64,000 bases of DNA from a virus. The position numbers and the translations under genes were made by a program. The DNA lies in IMG/VR virus record IMGVR_UViG_3300020186_000001, positions 1 through 64,000 of that record; one strand, 5' to 3'. The notes under the pieces were generated by a model that did no database searches, had not been told where the DNA came from, and saw only the letters and a list, made by a program, of their open reading frames with translations. Every line of letters starts with the position of its first letter. The first letter of the stretch is position 1. Below, piece after piece: positions 18,897 through 28,903 of the stretch.

Positions 18897-19102
18897 GTCG
18901 ATTAGACGTTAGCGAAGTTGGACAATCTGTGTTGCATGACTTGCCCGAAAAGCAAGCCGCAGCCATTATGTCCAAGCTCGATGAGTTGATTGTATCAGTG
19001 CAGGCTTTATGTGCGAAGTTGGATGCAGATGGAGGCGTAACAGATACAGATTACGCCGCTACTGTTTCAGCTTCGTTAAAAGCCATTCAATTATCTTTAT
19101 AA
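18890..19102 (+). CDS. small head-associated hypothetical protein
   Basis: AGGAGG Shine-Dalgarno; lies between protease and scaffold. Confidence 0.65.
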   Translation: MLGRLDVSEVGQSVLHDLPEKQAAAIMSKLDELIVSVQALCAKLDADGGVTDTDYAATVSASLKAIQLSL

Positions 19103-19120
19103 CAAGGGAAGGAGTTTCAA

Positions 19121-19930
19121 ATGAGCGTCAAAGTAACAAAAGACAAAGTTGAGAAAGCTCTTGCCTCCCTCGAACTAGCGTTGGCTGGCGATGGGGATGA
19201 GACGGTTAGCAAGGCGTCAGATGACGACCTTGATCAACCAGAGGGTGCGGATATGGGCAATCCTGCAAAGGATAAGATGTCTGATTCTGCCAAATCAAAA
19301 AAGGCGATGAAAAAAGCCGAAGATGAAGATGAGGGCGATGAAGATTCTGGTGAGCAAATGGAGAAGAAAAAGAAGTCTTTCGATAAGAAAGCTCCTCCAT
19401 TCATGAAGAAGTCTTTCGACGATCTCCCAGAAGAAATCGAAACAAAGATTGACGTTTCTGATTTCCTCAAATCACTTGTCAACCATACTGGCGATTGTCT
19501 CGACAATCTGTCCGAGTTCGTTGCTAAAAGCGACCGCTTGAACAACCAGCGTTATGGAAGTCTTGAAGAGGCTGTTGAAGAAGTTCAAAAGTCTCAAGCC
19601 AAGATCGGCATCGTACTGAAGGCAATTTGCCAACGCATTGGCGTTATCGGTGCGGCTCCTGCCAACGCTCCCAGGTCTGAGACTGTTGTTAAATCAGCAG
19701 CAACAGCTACGGATCGTAGCTTCTCTTCTGGCTTAGAAGGCGAAGGAACAGAGGCTCCAATGTTTAAGAGTCTTTCGCAGAATCCAATCATCGCTAAATC
19801 ACAAATGGCTAATGCTCTTTGCGATCTAGTCCGAAAGGGTGAAGCACAAGATTTGGATGTTATCGGTTTTGAGAGCGGTGGATATATCCGTCCAGAACTA
19901 GTTTCTAAACTAAAAACAGTTCTTAACTAG
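19121..19930 (+). CDS. putative capsid scaffolding protein
   Basis: Acidic, coiled-coil character; immediately before the major capsid protein; more than 10 xxK(S/A) sites. Confidence 0.7.
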   Translation: MSVKVTKDKVEKALASLELALAGDGDETVSKASDDDLDQPEGADMGNPAKDKMSDSAKSKKAMKKAEDEDEGDEDSGEQMEKKKKSFDKKAPPFMKKSFDDLPEEIETKIDVSDFLKSLVNHTGDCLDNLSEFVAKSDRLNNQRYGSLEEAVEEVQKSQAKIGIVLKAICQRIGVIGAAPANAPRSETVVKSAATATDRSFSSGLEGEGTEAPMFKSLSQNPIIAKSQMANALCDLVRKGEAQDLDVIGFESGGYIRPELVSKLKTVLN

Positions 19931-19945
19931 AAAGGGGAATGAATC

Positions 19946-21403
19946 ATGTATCCAGCAGTAGATCCAAAGCAATTTGAATCGCATGGAGAGGGGTTCGGGA
20001 TCTCCGACGCTCAAACCGTTGCAGACCTGAATAAAGCACTAACAGCGGGCTACGCAGTCGATCCTGGCACGCAATCACAAGGCGGAGCATTGCGGGTTGA
20101 GTCTCTTGACTCTACTCTCAAAGTCGTCTCGTTCATGGAAAAGAACATTGTCATGTACAATGCTATTCCTAAGACGAAAGCCTACAACACTGTCGAAGAG
20201 TATAACCTGCTCTCGAAGTACGGTGGACGTGGTGGTTTCTTCATCGAAGAAGGTGGACTTCCTAGAACTGAAGATTCCAACTACCAACGCAAGGCAGCGT
20301 TCGTGAAATTCATGGGAACAACCCGTGAAATTTCTCACCCAATGTTGTTGGTTCGTCCAGCACACGGTAACGTCGTTGCTCTTGAAACTAAGAACGGTGC
20401 AAAGTGGATGCTTCAAAGGATGGAAGAGTCTCTCTTCAATTCTAACTCAAGCATCATCTCGCAAGGATTCGATGGTCTTCGCAAGCAATTGCTAGACGGC
20501 TATTCTGATCCAACTACGGCTGGCGACGGCATCTCAAGCGTGTCTACTGAGCATATCTTTGATATGCGTGGTAAGACCTTGGGTGAAGCAGTATTTGAAG
20601 AAGCTGCTCGCGTTCTTTTGGATAACTACATGTATCCAACGCATTGCTTCTTGAACAACACGAACCACTCTGATTTCAACAAAGTATTCTTCTCCAAAGG
20701 ACGCTACCAGCTTCCTGTCGGTGCAGACGCTACTGTTGGTTTCGTGGTTGATAAGGTCAAGACTTCTGGCGGAGTTGTTCAGCTTCATCCAGACGTGTTC
20801 CTTCGTGTCAATCAAACCGCTGCTGCTTCGGCAGACAACGCAGCGTCTCCTACGGCTCCTGCGACTGTCGCTATCACTGTCGGTGTTAAAACCACTTCTC
20901 GTGGATTCAAGGCTGGCGAGTATGGCACATACGCTTATAGCGTAGCTGCTATCTCAAAATCTGGTGAATCTGCTGCAACGGCTGGAAACGTGTCGGCTGT
21001 GATCACTTCGACTAACGTCGAGGCTACCATCACAATCTCTCGCGGTGCAGTATCGGGCAACGATTTGACTCAAGGCTACCGAATCTATCGCACACGTCTT
21101 GAAGACGGAGCGGCTGGCGTTAAGTATCTTGTTCGTGAAATCGCTTCTGCTGGTGCTTCGACTATCGTCCTTGACGGTAACGAAGATCTTCCAGGACATG
21201 GTACAGCATACATCGGTCAGATGGATGAAAGCGTGTTGACTCTAAGAGAGCTAAGCCCAATGCTTAAGTTCCCATTGGCAACCGTTGCGTCGTCGATCCG
21301 TTGGATGCAGTTGTACTACAATGTTCCAATCGTGTTCCGCCCTCGTGGTTGGATCGTGGTGAAAAACATTGGATTCTTGAAGCAACCAGATCTTTCGCTT
21401 TAA
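19946..21403 (+). CDS. major capsid protein (Twort/SPO1/A511-like)
   Basis: LNKALTAGY..PGTQSQGGALRVESLD, FDGLRK and ELSPMLKFPLA...PRGWIVVKNI resemble the Herelleviridae capsid protein. Confidence 0.93.
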   Translation: MYPAVDPKQFESHGEGFGISDAQTVADLNKALTAGYAVDPGTQSQGGALRVESLDSTLKVVSFMEKNIVMYNAIPKTKAYNTVEEYNLLSKYGGRGGFFIEEGGLPRTEDSNYQRKAAFVKFMGTTREISHPMLLVRPAHGNVVALETKNGAKWMLQRMEESLFNSNSSIISQGFDGLRKQLLDGYSDPTTAGDGISSVSTEHIFDMRGKTLGEAVFEEAARVLLDNYMYPTHCFLNNTNHSDFNKVFFSKGRYQLPVGADATVGFVVDKVKTSGGVVQLHPDVFLRVNQTAAASADNAASPTAPATVAITVGVKTTSRGFKAGEYGTYAYSVAAISKSGESAATAGNVSAVITSTNVEATITISRGAVSGNDLTQGYRIYRTRLEDGAAGVKYLVREIASAGASTIVLDGNEDLPGHGTAYIGQMDESVLTLRELSPMLKFPLATVASSIRWMQLYYNVPIVFRPRGWIVVKNIGFLKQPDLSL

Positions 21404-21420
21404 TCGCGTGATCTAAGAGT

Positions 21421-21456
21421 GGTGGGAGGGGTGAGATCCCCCTCCTACCCCTTTGT
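21421..21456 (+). terminator. Rho-independent terminator after the capsid gene
   Basis: GGTGGGAGGGG / CCCCTCCTACC stem followed by CTTTGT. Confidence 0.65.
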
Positions 21457-21477
21457 CGTTAGTTTGAAAGGACAAAA

Positions 21478-21756
21478 ATGCTACTAGTAAATGAGAAACT
21501 TCCCAATTGTAAATTCGCTCATGGCAAAGAGATCATTGAAACTGATGCCTCTGGCCACATTGAGTTAAAAGATAAAGAGGCGGTCGTTGCATTCCTTGCA
21601 AGCGGCTTCACAGAAGTCCAACGCAAAGCATCTGCAACTAAGGTTGACGCTGTAAAGGTCGAACCCGTAGTTAAAGAAGAGATCTTTGAAGAGGCGGTCA
21701 TTGAAGCTCCTCGTAGTGAAGACAAGCGTGCTCGCTGGTCTAGGAGTGAGAAATGA
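21478..21756 (+). CDS. hypothetical protein
   Basis: AAGGA Shine-Dalgarno; follows the capsid gene. Confidence 0.65.
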   Translation: MLLVNEKLPNCKFAHGKEIIETDASGHIELKDKEAVVAFLASGFTEVQRKASATKVDAVKVEPVVKEEIFEEAVIEAPRSEDKRARWSRSEK

Positions 21757-22136
21757 AAGAATTTGATCAGTACGGCATGGCTGGCGAGATTGATGCGGCA
21801 GAGCATTCTGCTCCTTCTTATTCTAAGAAAGTCATTCCAGGGCCGACGACATTCGCTCCTGATGATGATGCGACTCCAACAAGGACCAAAAATCCAATTG
21901 TTGGGGCAGTCGGCGGAGCATCTGCTGAGTTGACGCTTCTTCAGAATAAAGCTTATCGGGTGATTGCTGATGTTGCGATTTACTTCAGACTTTCTGTAAC
22001 TGGATCAACGGCTGTGGCCACTGACATCTATTTGCCAGCGAATACTCCGATAATCATTAAGACAGAATTGTGGCAGAGGCTTGCATACATTCAAGTGGCT
22101 ACTGGCGGAAATATCCAAGCAGTGGAAGTGAGATGA
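21753..22136 (+). CDS. hypothetical virion protein
   Basis: ATGA-coupled ORF, beta-rich. Confidence 0.6.
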   Translation: MKEFDQYGMAGEIDAAEHSAPSYSKKVIPGPTTFAPDDDATPTRTKNPIVGAVGGASAELTLLQNKAYRVIADVAIYFRLSVTGSTAVATDIYLPANTPIIIKTELWQRLAYIQVATGGNIQAVEVR

Positions 22137-22363
22137 GCAATTCAGATTTCCATACAGTGAACTACTTGTTTGCTACCTATCTTCAAACAAAAGAGGGTGG
22201 CAGTCATCGTATCGCTAAAGTGGAGAAGATGAGACCTGGCAAGGCCAAGTTTCATTTTGAATTGACTCCATCACAGGCTGAAGATTTGCAATTGAAGTTC
22301 CATAATTCAATTTGTGCCGAGTTCGAGCAGTTGAGAAAGACCACTATTGATCTTGCCTATTGA
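22133..22363 (+). CDS. small hypothetical protein (DUF5659-like)
   Basis: FHTVNYLFATYL..KAKFHF pattern; ATGA-coupled. Confidence 0.5.
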   Translation: MSNSDFHTVNYLFATYLQTKEGGSHRIAKVEKMRPGKAKFHFELTPSQAEDLQLKFHNSICAEFEQLRKTTIDLAY

Positions 22364-22373
22364 TTGGAGTGTC

Positions 22374-22487
22374 ATGATCGAAGCTGTGGTGGTCTTAAGT
22401 TTAACAGTAGAGGCTTTGGTCAGTGAACCTGGATCTGTCGAAGCCCTCTATGTGAAGCCTCTCATTATTGAGGCGTTGGAGCAGTGA
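22374..22487 (+). CDS. 37-aa microprotein (not in the ORF track)
   Basis: GGAG Shine-Dalgarno; MIEAVVVLSLTVEALVSEPGSVEALYVKPLIIEALEQ fills the gap exactly. Confidence 0.55.
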   Translation: MIEAVVVLSLTVEALVSEPGSVEALYVKPLIIEALEQ

Positions 22488-22488
22488 G

Positions 22489-22845
22489 ATGGCTTGTTTC
22501 GCAAAAGCTTTTGAATTTTACTGTGGGGAAGATAAAACTCTTTCCATTCAAATAAACACGCATGACAAATCTCTTGATTGCAAGCAGCCATTGGATCTCA
22601 CGGGTGCGACTGCAATCGAAGTTGAAATCCCAGCTAGTCCAGACAATCTGATATTCAGTCTTCTGACATCTCCGGTTGTCGTAGTAGATCAGCCGATCCT
22701 TGGTAAAATTCACATTGATTTAACGGATACCCAGACCAATCAGATGGTGACTGGTTCAATTATCGTTCGTATTACCAACAGTGGTAGGACAGTTTTTGCT
22801 GTTGCAGCGGCAGCGAGTAGGAAGCTTCTTATCCCTGATTGTTGA
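22489..22845 (+). CDS. BppU N-terminal-like Ig/beta-sandwich virion protein
   Basis: GEDKTLSIQI..PLDLTGAT..GKIHIDLTDTQT pattern. Confidence 0.55.
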   Translation: MACFAKAFEFYCGEDKTLSIQINTHDKSLDCKQPLDLTGATAIEVEIPASPDNLIFSLLTSPVVVVDQPILGKIHIDLTDTQTNQMVTGSIIVRITNSGRTVFAVAAAASRKLLIPDC

Positions 22846-22853
22846 GGAGCGTC

Positions 22854-23633
22854 ATGACTATAGCTAACAATTTAAGACCATATAGCGAAGGATTGATCCT
22901 CACTCCGCAGGAGTTGAAGGATATCTTTCTATTCGGTATTGATACGACAAATGATGATGGTGATGAGTTTCCTGAATCAATGTATGAGTTCTACATTAGA
23001 TCAGCACAAGATTGGCTTTCAACCCAACTCGGTGGACTGGTTCTTTGTGAACAGGAGATCGTGAATGAGGCTCATGACTACTATATTAACGATTATGTCT
23101 CCTACGGCTTTATAAAGCTGTTTAGATATCCAGTCCAAGAGGTTTCGTCAGTTGGGATTCAATTTCCACTCGCAACAACTGTTTTGCAGTTTGATCCATC
23201 GTGGTATCGAATTGAATCTGCCGGAGCACAAGTGAACCTTGTCCCTACGCAGGGAACATTCTCAAGCATCCTCCTTTCTCAGGGCGGATCGTTTCTTCCA
23301 TTGTTTTACTCTGGAATGCAAAGCGTCCCAAGCATCTGGCGTATAACTTATAAAGCTGGATTCAAAAAGGATCAGATTCCATTCAATCTTAAAGAGATCG
23401 TTGGGATGAAGGCTGCGATGGGACCGCTCAATACCGCTGGCGATCTTATCGCTGGTGCCGGTATAGCAACCAAGTCTCTTAGCATGGATGGATTATCTCA
23501 ATCTATTTCGACCACATCTTCTGCAACAAACGCAGGTTACGGTGCTCGCATTTTGCAATACAACAAAGAGATCGAAGAGAAGATGAAGGGTCTTAGAGAA
23601 TATTATCTTGGTATTCAAATGGTCGTTGCGTAA
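22854..23633 (+). CDS. head-tail adaptor/neck protein
   Basis: Position; ITYKAGF and AGIATKSLSMDGLSQSISTTSSATNAGYGARI as in Twort-like neck proteins. Confidence 0.7.
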   Translation: MTIANNLRPYSEGLILTPQELKDIFLFGIDTTNDDGDEFPESMYEFYIRSAQDWLSTQLGGLVLCEQEIVNEAHDYYINDYVSYGFIKLFRYPVQEVSSVGIQFPLATTVLQFDPSWYRIESAGAQVNLVPTQGTFSSILLSQGGSFLPLFYSGMQSVPSIWRITYKAGFKKDQIPFNLKEIVGMKAAMGPLNTAGDLIAGAGIATKSLSMDGLSQSISTTSSATNAGYGARILQYNKEIEEKMKGLREYYLGIQMVVA

Positions 23634-24427
23634 TGGCTGAAGACACTAAAAAAGCTAGAGGCGATCTTAGAGATGCGGTTATCGCGTCTGACAATCGTTA
23701 TGTTAAACGCAAACGTGCAAAGCCTGGTGCCGTTGGCTTTGTTCCTAGAGAATTTGATAACCTCCTCGAAGATCAGGGTGCAAGGATAAGAATCACTCCT
23801 TCAGTGCTTTGTCCAAACCGCACAAGTTTGACTGACACCAACCATGTTTTAGATTGTCCAGTTTGCTTTGGAGATGAGGTTGTGGACTTGGCTGGTGAAT
23901 GCCGTGAATCTTGGGCGTCGATCACTGGCATCAAGCTGGATAAACGCTTTGAAGAGAATGGCATCTTTGATGTTAGAGATGCGAAGATGACATTTCAGGC
24001 AGGCGTTAGAGTTTACTACTGGTATAAGGTTGAGATCTTAGATTTCGCTTCAACTTTCAATCAGATCTTAAACAAGAGTGATACTGATTATGATGCGACA
24101 AGGTATGAGACGACTCCAAATTGTGGTCTTCAATATCATTGCATTGATAATGCTGCCAGGAAGTATTACCAGAACGAGCATTTCAAGGCTGATGGTCACG
24201 GCATAAGATGGATCTCACCTGTTAGACCGGCAGTTGGAACTCTATTTAGTTTGATTTACCCCATCTTGCCAACATTCAGAATCCTGGAGTTGCTCAATGA
24301 CTCTCGTTATTACTACATCGGCTTCAAGCAAAAAGAGAAGACTCCAGTGGATCTTCCTCAGCAGGCCGTTGTTCGGTGGGACTACTTGTCCAAGAGGTCT
24401 GGAACGGGAGTTCCATTGGCACCATGA
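23633..24427 (+). CDS. head completion/neck protein
   Basis: LCPNR...CPVCFG motif; neck position. Confidence 0.6.
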   Translation: MAEDTKKARGDLRDAVIASDNRYVKRKRAKPGAVGFVPREFDNLLEDQGARIRITPSVLCPNRTSLTDTNHVLDCPVCFGDEVVDLAGECRESWASITGIKLDKRFEENGIFDVRDAKMTFQAGVRVYYWYKVEILDFASTFNQILNKSDTDYDATRYETTPNCGLQYHCIDNAARKYYQNEHFKADGHGIRWISPVRPAVGTLFSLIYPILPTFRILELLNDSRYYYIGFKQKEKTPVDLPQQAVVRWDYLSKRSGTGVPLAP

Positions 24428-25218
24428 ACTTCTCAATCAAAGCAGCACTAACTGAGAGGGGTTACAACGTCGATTCATTCAAGGACGGTGTGACAGAGGC
24501 GTTGAGGCTTGCGGTCGGCAACATTGCTGCGTCAGCTCAGGGCGAGTGGATTAGGCTGGCTCAAGCTAGACTTAATACAACTAAAGACATTTACGTTAAT
24601 GGACTTCAGCAGGGTCAATCTTTCAAAGTAAAACTCGGCACAGAGATTGATACATATGAGATACAGCTCATAGGTGAGATGCCGAATAATCTTGAATTTG
24701 GAATGGCATCTTTTGATATGAAGTCTGTGAGACCAGGTTGGCTTGGCGGTGGCAAGGCTAAGACGGCAAAAGATGGTCACAAGTACATTATAATTCCGTT
24801 CAGTCATTCGACAACCGGAGGGCGCGGAGCGTACACTGGTAAAGCGGCGGCGGTCTCTGCTCCTGATCTTAAGACTCAGCTTAAGACTACGATGAAGACT
24901 TATGGTTTGGATCGAATGGTCAGAACTGCCACAGGCAAAGTCGTTGAAGGGCCTGTTTCAAGGGTTCCAAAAAACGCTCCTGTCCATCCCTATTTGAAGG
25001 GTTTGACAAGGATTCAGAAGGGCACCAGTGGCACCACAGCGGGTGGAATGCAGAGAGGTTCTTCTACTTTGAAGACTTGGCGTGTGATGAGTGAGAACAG
25101 TCCTGCGTCCTCATGGATTCATCCAGGGCTGCAATCTCTGAACTTGCTCGCAGAAGTTGAGACTTATGTCGATAAGGAACTAGATGCAATAATCAGAGAC
25201 ATATTGGCGGCAGCATGA
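24424..25218 (+). CDS. neck/tail completion-type virion protein
   Basis: EFGMASFDMK, YIIIPF and WRVMSENSPASSWIHPG motifs; position. Confidence 0.6.
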   Translation: MNFSIKAALTERGYNVDSFKDGVTEALRLAVGNIAASAQGEWIRLAQARLNTTKDIYVNGLQQGQSFKVKLGTEIDTYEIQLIGEMPNNLEFGMASFDMKSVRPGWLGGGKAKTAKDGHKYIIIPFSHSTTGGRGAYTGKAAAVSAPDLKTQLKTTMKTYGLDRMVRTATGKVVEGPVSRVPKNAPVHPYLKGLTRIQKGTSGTTAGGMQRGSSTLKTWRVMSENSPASSWIHPGLQSLNLLAEVETYVDKELDAIIRDILAAA

Positions 25219-25991
25219 TGGGCAATTATCAAACTGAATATCCACCACAATCTTCTTCGAATGAGGTTGTTTATGGCGTTTTGCCTGTAGACTTTCTTCT
25301 TGAAGTCGTTCTCACGCAGGGCGTTGAGTGGTTTAAGAATGATCCAAAAGCTCCAAGCTTAGTCTATGGACATCTCTACAAGCCTTGGCTTGCGAAGTAT
25401 GGACCCGCGAAGGCTGTTGAGATCAGAGATTACGTCAGAAAGTACGGTGTCAAGGTCGCTCAAAGCTTTGCTCTGATTGATGCACAGATGCCTTCCTTCT
25501 CAATTCAGCTACTTGATGGCGGTGAATCAACAGACCGCTCTGGTCTTGTCGATCACCAGAGTATGGTTGATGCCGTAGACTTTGAGCAGAATGTCATCGG
25601 TCGTAGTGAGGTTGGATTCATTTCTATGACAGATAATGTTCACATCGGCATTCACAATATCAATACACCTGATCTGACAAAGTATTTGTATTACCTTGTT
25701 GTCTATATTTTAAGCTCAAGCAAAGACTTGATGGAGAAGTATGGCTTGATGCTTGGGACATTTCGTGCAACCGATATTTCAAGACTTAATGAATTTCTCC
25801 CAGAAAATATGTATTCTCGTTTTATAAATTTCTCAGTTTACACGATTGCATCGTTTGACAAGGGCAGTGTCCCGATTGTTGACTCCATTCAGGGCATCAA
25901 CGTGGCTACCGATCCAACAGATTTGTCCGATACAGATCTGGAATTGGAATTTGGTATGACGTTGAGTGATATTTCTCAAGGAGCTAAGTGA
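25215..25991 (+). CDS. putative tail terminator
   Basis: Position two genes before the sheath. Confidence 0.5.
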   Translation: MMGNYQTEYPPQSSSNEVVYGVLPVDFLLEVVLTQGVEWFKNDPKAPSLVYGHLYKPWLAKYGPAKAVEIRDYVRKYGVKVAQSFALIDAQMPSFSIQLLDGGESTDRSGLVDHQSMVDAVDFEQNVIGRSEVGFISMTDNVHIGIHNINTPDLTKYLYYLVVYILSSSKDLMEKYGLMLGTFRATDISRLNEFLPENMYSRFINFSVYTIASFDKGSVPIVDSIQGINVATDPTDLSDTDLELEFGMTLSDISQGAK

Positions 25992-26308
25992 TGACTAGAT
26001 CAAGAAGATTGGAAAAATCAGAGATTGTCGTTGGGAGTATCTCTGAAGATGTTGCCGAAACAGTGCTGGAAGCCAAAGTTAAGGCTATAATGGAATCAGC
26101 AATGCCTGAATCTCAGAAGCAAGAATATTTGCGTCAAATTGGTGCAATTACTCCTGCGTCCGATGAGGGGAAGATTCCTTATAATGTTTATGCAAAAGTT
26201 AGAAGAGTTCCAAGGGAAAGCCATAATGCGATGATGGTCTACCCTAAAGCTAAGAATGTTCGGTTGGCATCTCTCGGTGAATGGGATGAAATCTTTAAAG
26301 ACTTTTAA
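25988..26308 (+). CDS. hypothetical protein
   Basis: Coupled ORF before the sheath. Confidence 0.6.
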   Translation: MMTRSRRLEKSEIVVGSISEDVAETVLEAKVKAIMESAMPESQKQEYLRQIGAITPASDEGKIPYNVYAKVRRVPRESHNAMMVYPKAKNVRLASLGEWDEIFKDF

Positions 26309-26327
26309 AAAGTAGAGGAGATACAAA

Positions 26328-28466
26328 ATGTCTATCAAAAGAACCTTTAATGGAGCAACGATCATTAAGCCAGGTGCTTATTCAAAGATCGTTGTCGAAA
26401 ATCTAACAGGATTCCCTCTACAGCCAACTGGAACAGTCGGCATTATTGGGGAGGCTGTTGGTGGTGAGCCTGGAGTGTTGGATATCCTCAGCAAAGAGGG
26501 TATTCAGGATGCAAAAGCACGTTATAAGAGTGGACCTATCGCAGACGCTCTTGAACTGCTCGCGAATCCTTCGAATGACACTCGTATTCCGAATGGTGCA
26601 AGCAAGATCGTAGTCTACAAGACTAACGCTGGCTCGCGTTCCTCGAAATACCTGCAAAACGCTACACCTGTGAATATGCTTCAGCTTCTTTCAAAGAACT
26701 GGGGATCAGATGAGAACAACCTGAGCGTCTCGGCTGTTGCAGGTCAAATCACGGATAGTCAAGCGAAAGTTGATGGTTCAATCGCTGGGCCGTTTACGCT
26801 TGCTGGTGGCGAAACTCTGATCTTAGTTGCAAATAACGCGACCTACACGTTCACTGGAACGCTGACCGGATCGACAACGGCGGCAGCACTGATTACCGAA
26901 TTAAACACGGCGGCACGTTGGGCTGGAAGTTTAAAGCCAGTCGTCGCAAGCCTTGTCACTGGTACACAGCGTGTCAGCGTTATGCTAGACACAGCGGTGG
27001 TTGTGACGGGTGCTCTTGATTACGGTTACATCAAAGTCAACGCTGCATCGACTTTGGACACCATCGTCGGCATCACTGGCGAAGCTCGTGGTCTTAAAGG
27101 ATCTCGCGTCTTCACGTTTAAGAAAGAACTCGCTCAAGAAACTTCGCTTGAACTTGGTGGCGTGGATATGCTCAGCATCAAGTACGTTGGAGCTGGCACT
27201 GCCGCTACGATGGAACTTAAGCATGTCTCTGGAGAATTGAAGCTTCAAACGACTTGTACCGGTGCTGCTGGAGATAATCTGGACATTCTTCTTGTCGATG
27301 CTGAAGGCAAAAACAAGTATACAATCCAGTCTCTAGTGGATTTCATTAACTCGAACGCAGCTTATGACGCTGCGGTTCTTGCTCCAAGTCCTTCGACGAA
27401 TGCTTCTGAACTCGATTATTACTCTGCTCTTGATATCCGCAATGTTGCAGCGGTCCTTCGCAAGGACTCATCTGACATCGTGGGATACATCAACACATTC
27501 AGCCAGCTTGCTGATGCAGTCAGAATCGACAATATCTATGGTGCTCTCGCAGTTGTTTCTACTCCAGTGTTCTTCACTGGCGGATCAGATGGTGTTTCAG
27601 CCAACTCTGATTTCGTAACAGGTTTTGAAGCGTTCAAGGACGAGCGGATCAACGTCGTAGTGCCTTTGATATCGAAAGATATCGGAGCACTCACGATTGA
27701 TTCAATCAACGCCTTGGCTTTAGCACACGCTCAATGGGGTTGGTCTACAACTGGCAAATCTGAGCGTAGTGGTTTCGTTTCTAAATTGGGATCTAAGACG
27801 CAATATAAAGATGCTTGTAAAGCTCTCAACAGCGGTTACGTCTCATGTTTCGGACAACAAGTTAAGGTGCTAGACCGCACTGGAAGCTTTGTCTGGATGG
27901 ATCCATGGGCGGCGGCTTGTCTCGCGGCTGGTATGCGTGCAGGTGCAGAAGCTGGCGAACCTTTGACCTTCAAACTTGTGAACGTCAATGATGTTCGAGT
28001 TTTTGATGGATCTTGGAGTCCTAAGAAGGACTACGCGGAAATGATCGAAGCTGGTTGTACTTTCCTAGAAGGATTGGATAGCGGAGGATTCCGCTGGGTT
28101 GTTGGCAACACGACTTATGGTGTTGACGGTAGCTTTGTTTGGAATCGTGAGTCGGTTGTTCAAGCTGCGGGTGTGGTCTCCTACGATCTTCGCCTCAATC
28201 TTGAGCTAACATTCACAGGCCGCAAGGCTCGTACTGGAACTGCTGAAGCGATTGCAAACTTCATCAAAAACCGTATGTCGTCTTATCTCACGGCTGAGAT
28301 AATTGTTGGCGATGATTTGAACGAAGGTCTTGGGTACTACGCAAAGACTTTAAGAGTCTCTGTGCAGGGGAATACTGCGATCATCAATGTCTCGGTCACT
28401 CCAGTTCAAGGTATCGACTTCATGCTTCCAACGATCTATCTAGCCGACATTCGCCAAACAGCCTAA
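26328..28466 (+). CDS. contractile tail sheath protein
   Basis: IKPGAYSKI, GIIGEAVGGEPG, FTGGSDG, GEPLTFK and C-terminal VTPVQGIDF. Confidence 0.92.
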   Translation: MSIKRTFNGATIIKPGAYSKIVVENLTGFPLQPTGTVGIIGEAVGGEPGVLDILSKEGIQDAKARYKSGPIADALELLANPSNDTRIPNGASKIVVYKTNAGSRSSKYLQNATPVNMLQLLSKNWGSDENNLSVSAVAGQITDSQAKVDGSIAGPFTLAGGETLILVANNATYTFTGTLTGSTTAAALITELNTAARWAGSLKPVVASLVTGTQRVSVMLDTAVVVTGALDYGYIKVNAASTLDTIVGITGEARGLKGSRVFTFKKELAQETSLELGGVDMLSIKYVGAGTAATMELKHVSGELKLQTTCTGAAGDNLDILLVDAEGKNKYTIQSLVDFINSNAAYDAAVLAPSPSTNASELDYYSALDIRNVAAVLRKDSSDIVGYINTFSQLADAVRIDNIYGALAVVSTPVFFTGGSDGVSANSDFVTGFEAFKDERINVVVPLISKDIGALTIDSINALALAHAQWGWSTTGKSERSGFVSKLGSKTQYKDACKALNSGYVSCFGQQVKVLDRTGSFVWMDPWAAACLAAGMRAGAEAGEPLTFKLVNVNDVRVFDGSWSPKKDYAEMIEAGCTFLEGLDSGGFRWVVGNTTYGVDGSFVWNRESVVQAAGVVSYDLRLNLELTFTGRKARTGTAEAIANFIKNRMSSYLTAEIIVGDDLNEGLGYYAKTLRVSVQGNTAIINVSVTPVQGIDFMLPTIYLADIRQTA

Positions 28467-28489
28467 CACTTGGAAAGAGGTAAATAGCT

Positions 28490-28903
28490 ATGACAACAGT
28501 AATGACAGGAGCGAAAGCGATATTTAGACTCAATGGAGTCCAGGTCGCCTACGCTTCAAGCTGCACTTATAACGAAAACATTCAATTAGAAGAAGTCAAC
28601 ACGTTGGATCACCTTGAAGTGATAGAGCACGCTGAGGTTGGATACCGTGTTGACATGTCTTGCCAAACATTCCGCGTTGCTGACAAGTCTGTCAAACAAC
28701 TTGGTTTGATGAGCAAGCTTGGTCAAATCCTCACCCAAGGTGAGTTGACGGCTGAGGTCATTGATCGTGTATCTGGTGCAACACTTCTTCTTATGGAAGG
28801 CGTCAAACTAGAGAGTCGTCAAACGACAGTCGATGCTCGCGGTCTTATGACTGAAACTTGGTCGTTCAAAGGACGCAAATCTTCGGACGAAGCAGGGGCA
28901 TAA
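28490..28903 (+). CDS. tail tube protein
   Basis: 137 aa directly after the sheath; TGAKAIFRLNG...IEHAEVGY pattern. Confidence 0.85.
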   Translation: MTTVMTGAKAIFRLNGVQVAYASSCTYNENIQLEEVNTLDHLEVIEHAEVGYRVDMSCQTFRVADKSVKQLGLMSKLGQILTQGELTAEVIDRVSGATLLLMEGVKLESRQTTVDARGLMTETWSFKGRKSSDEAGA

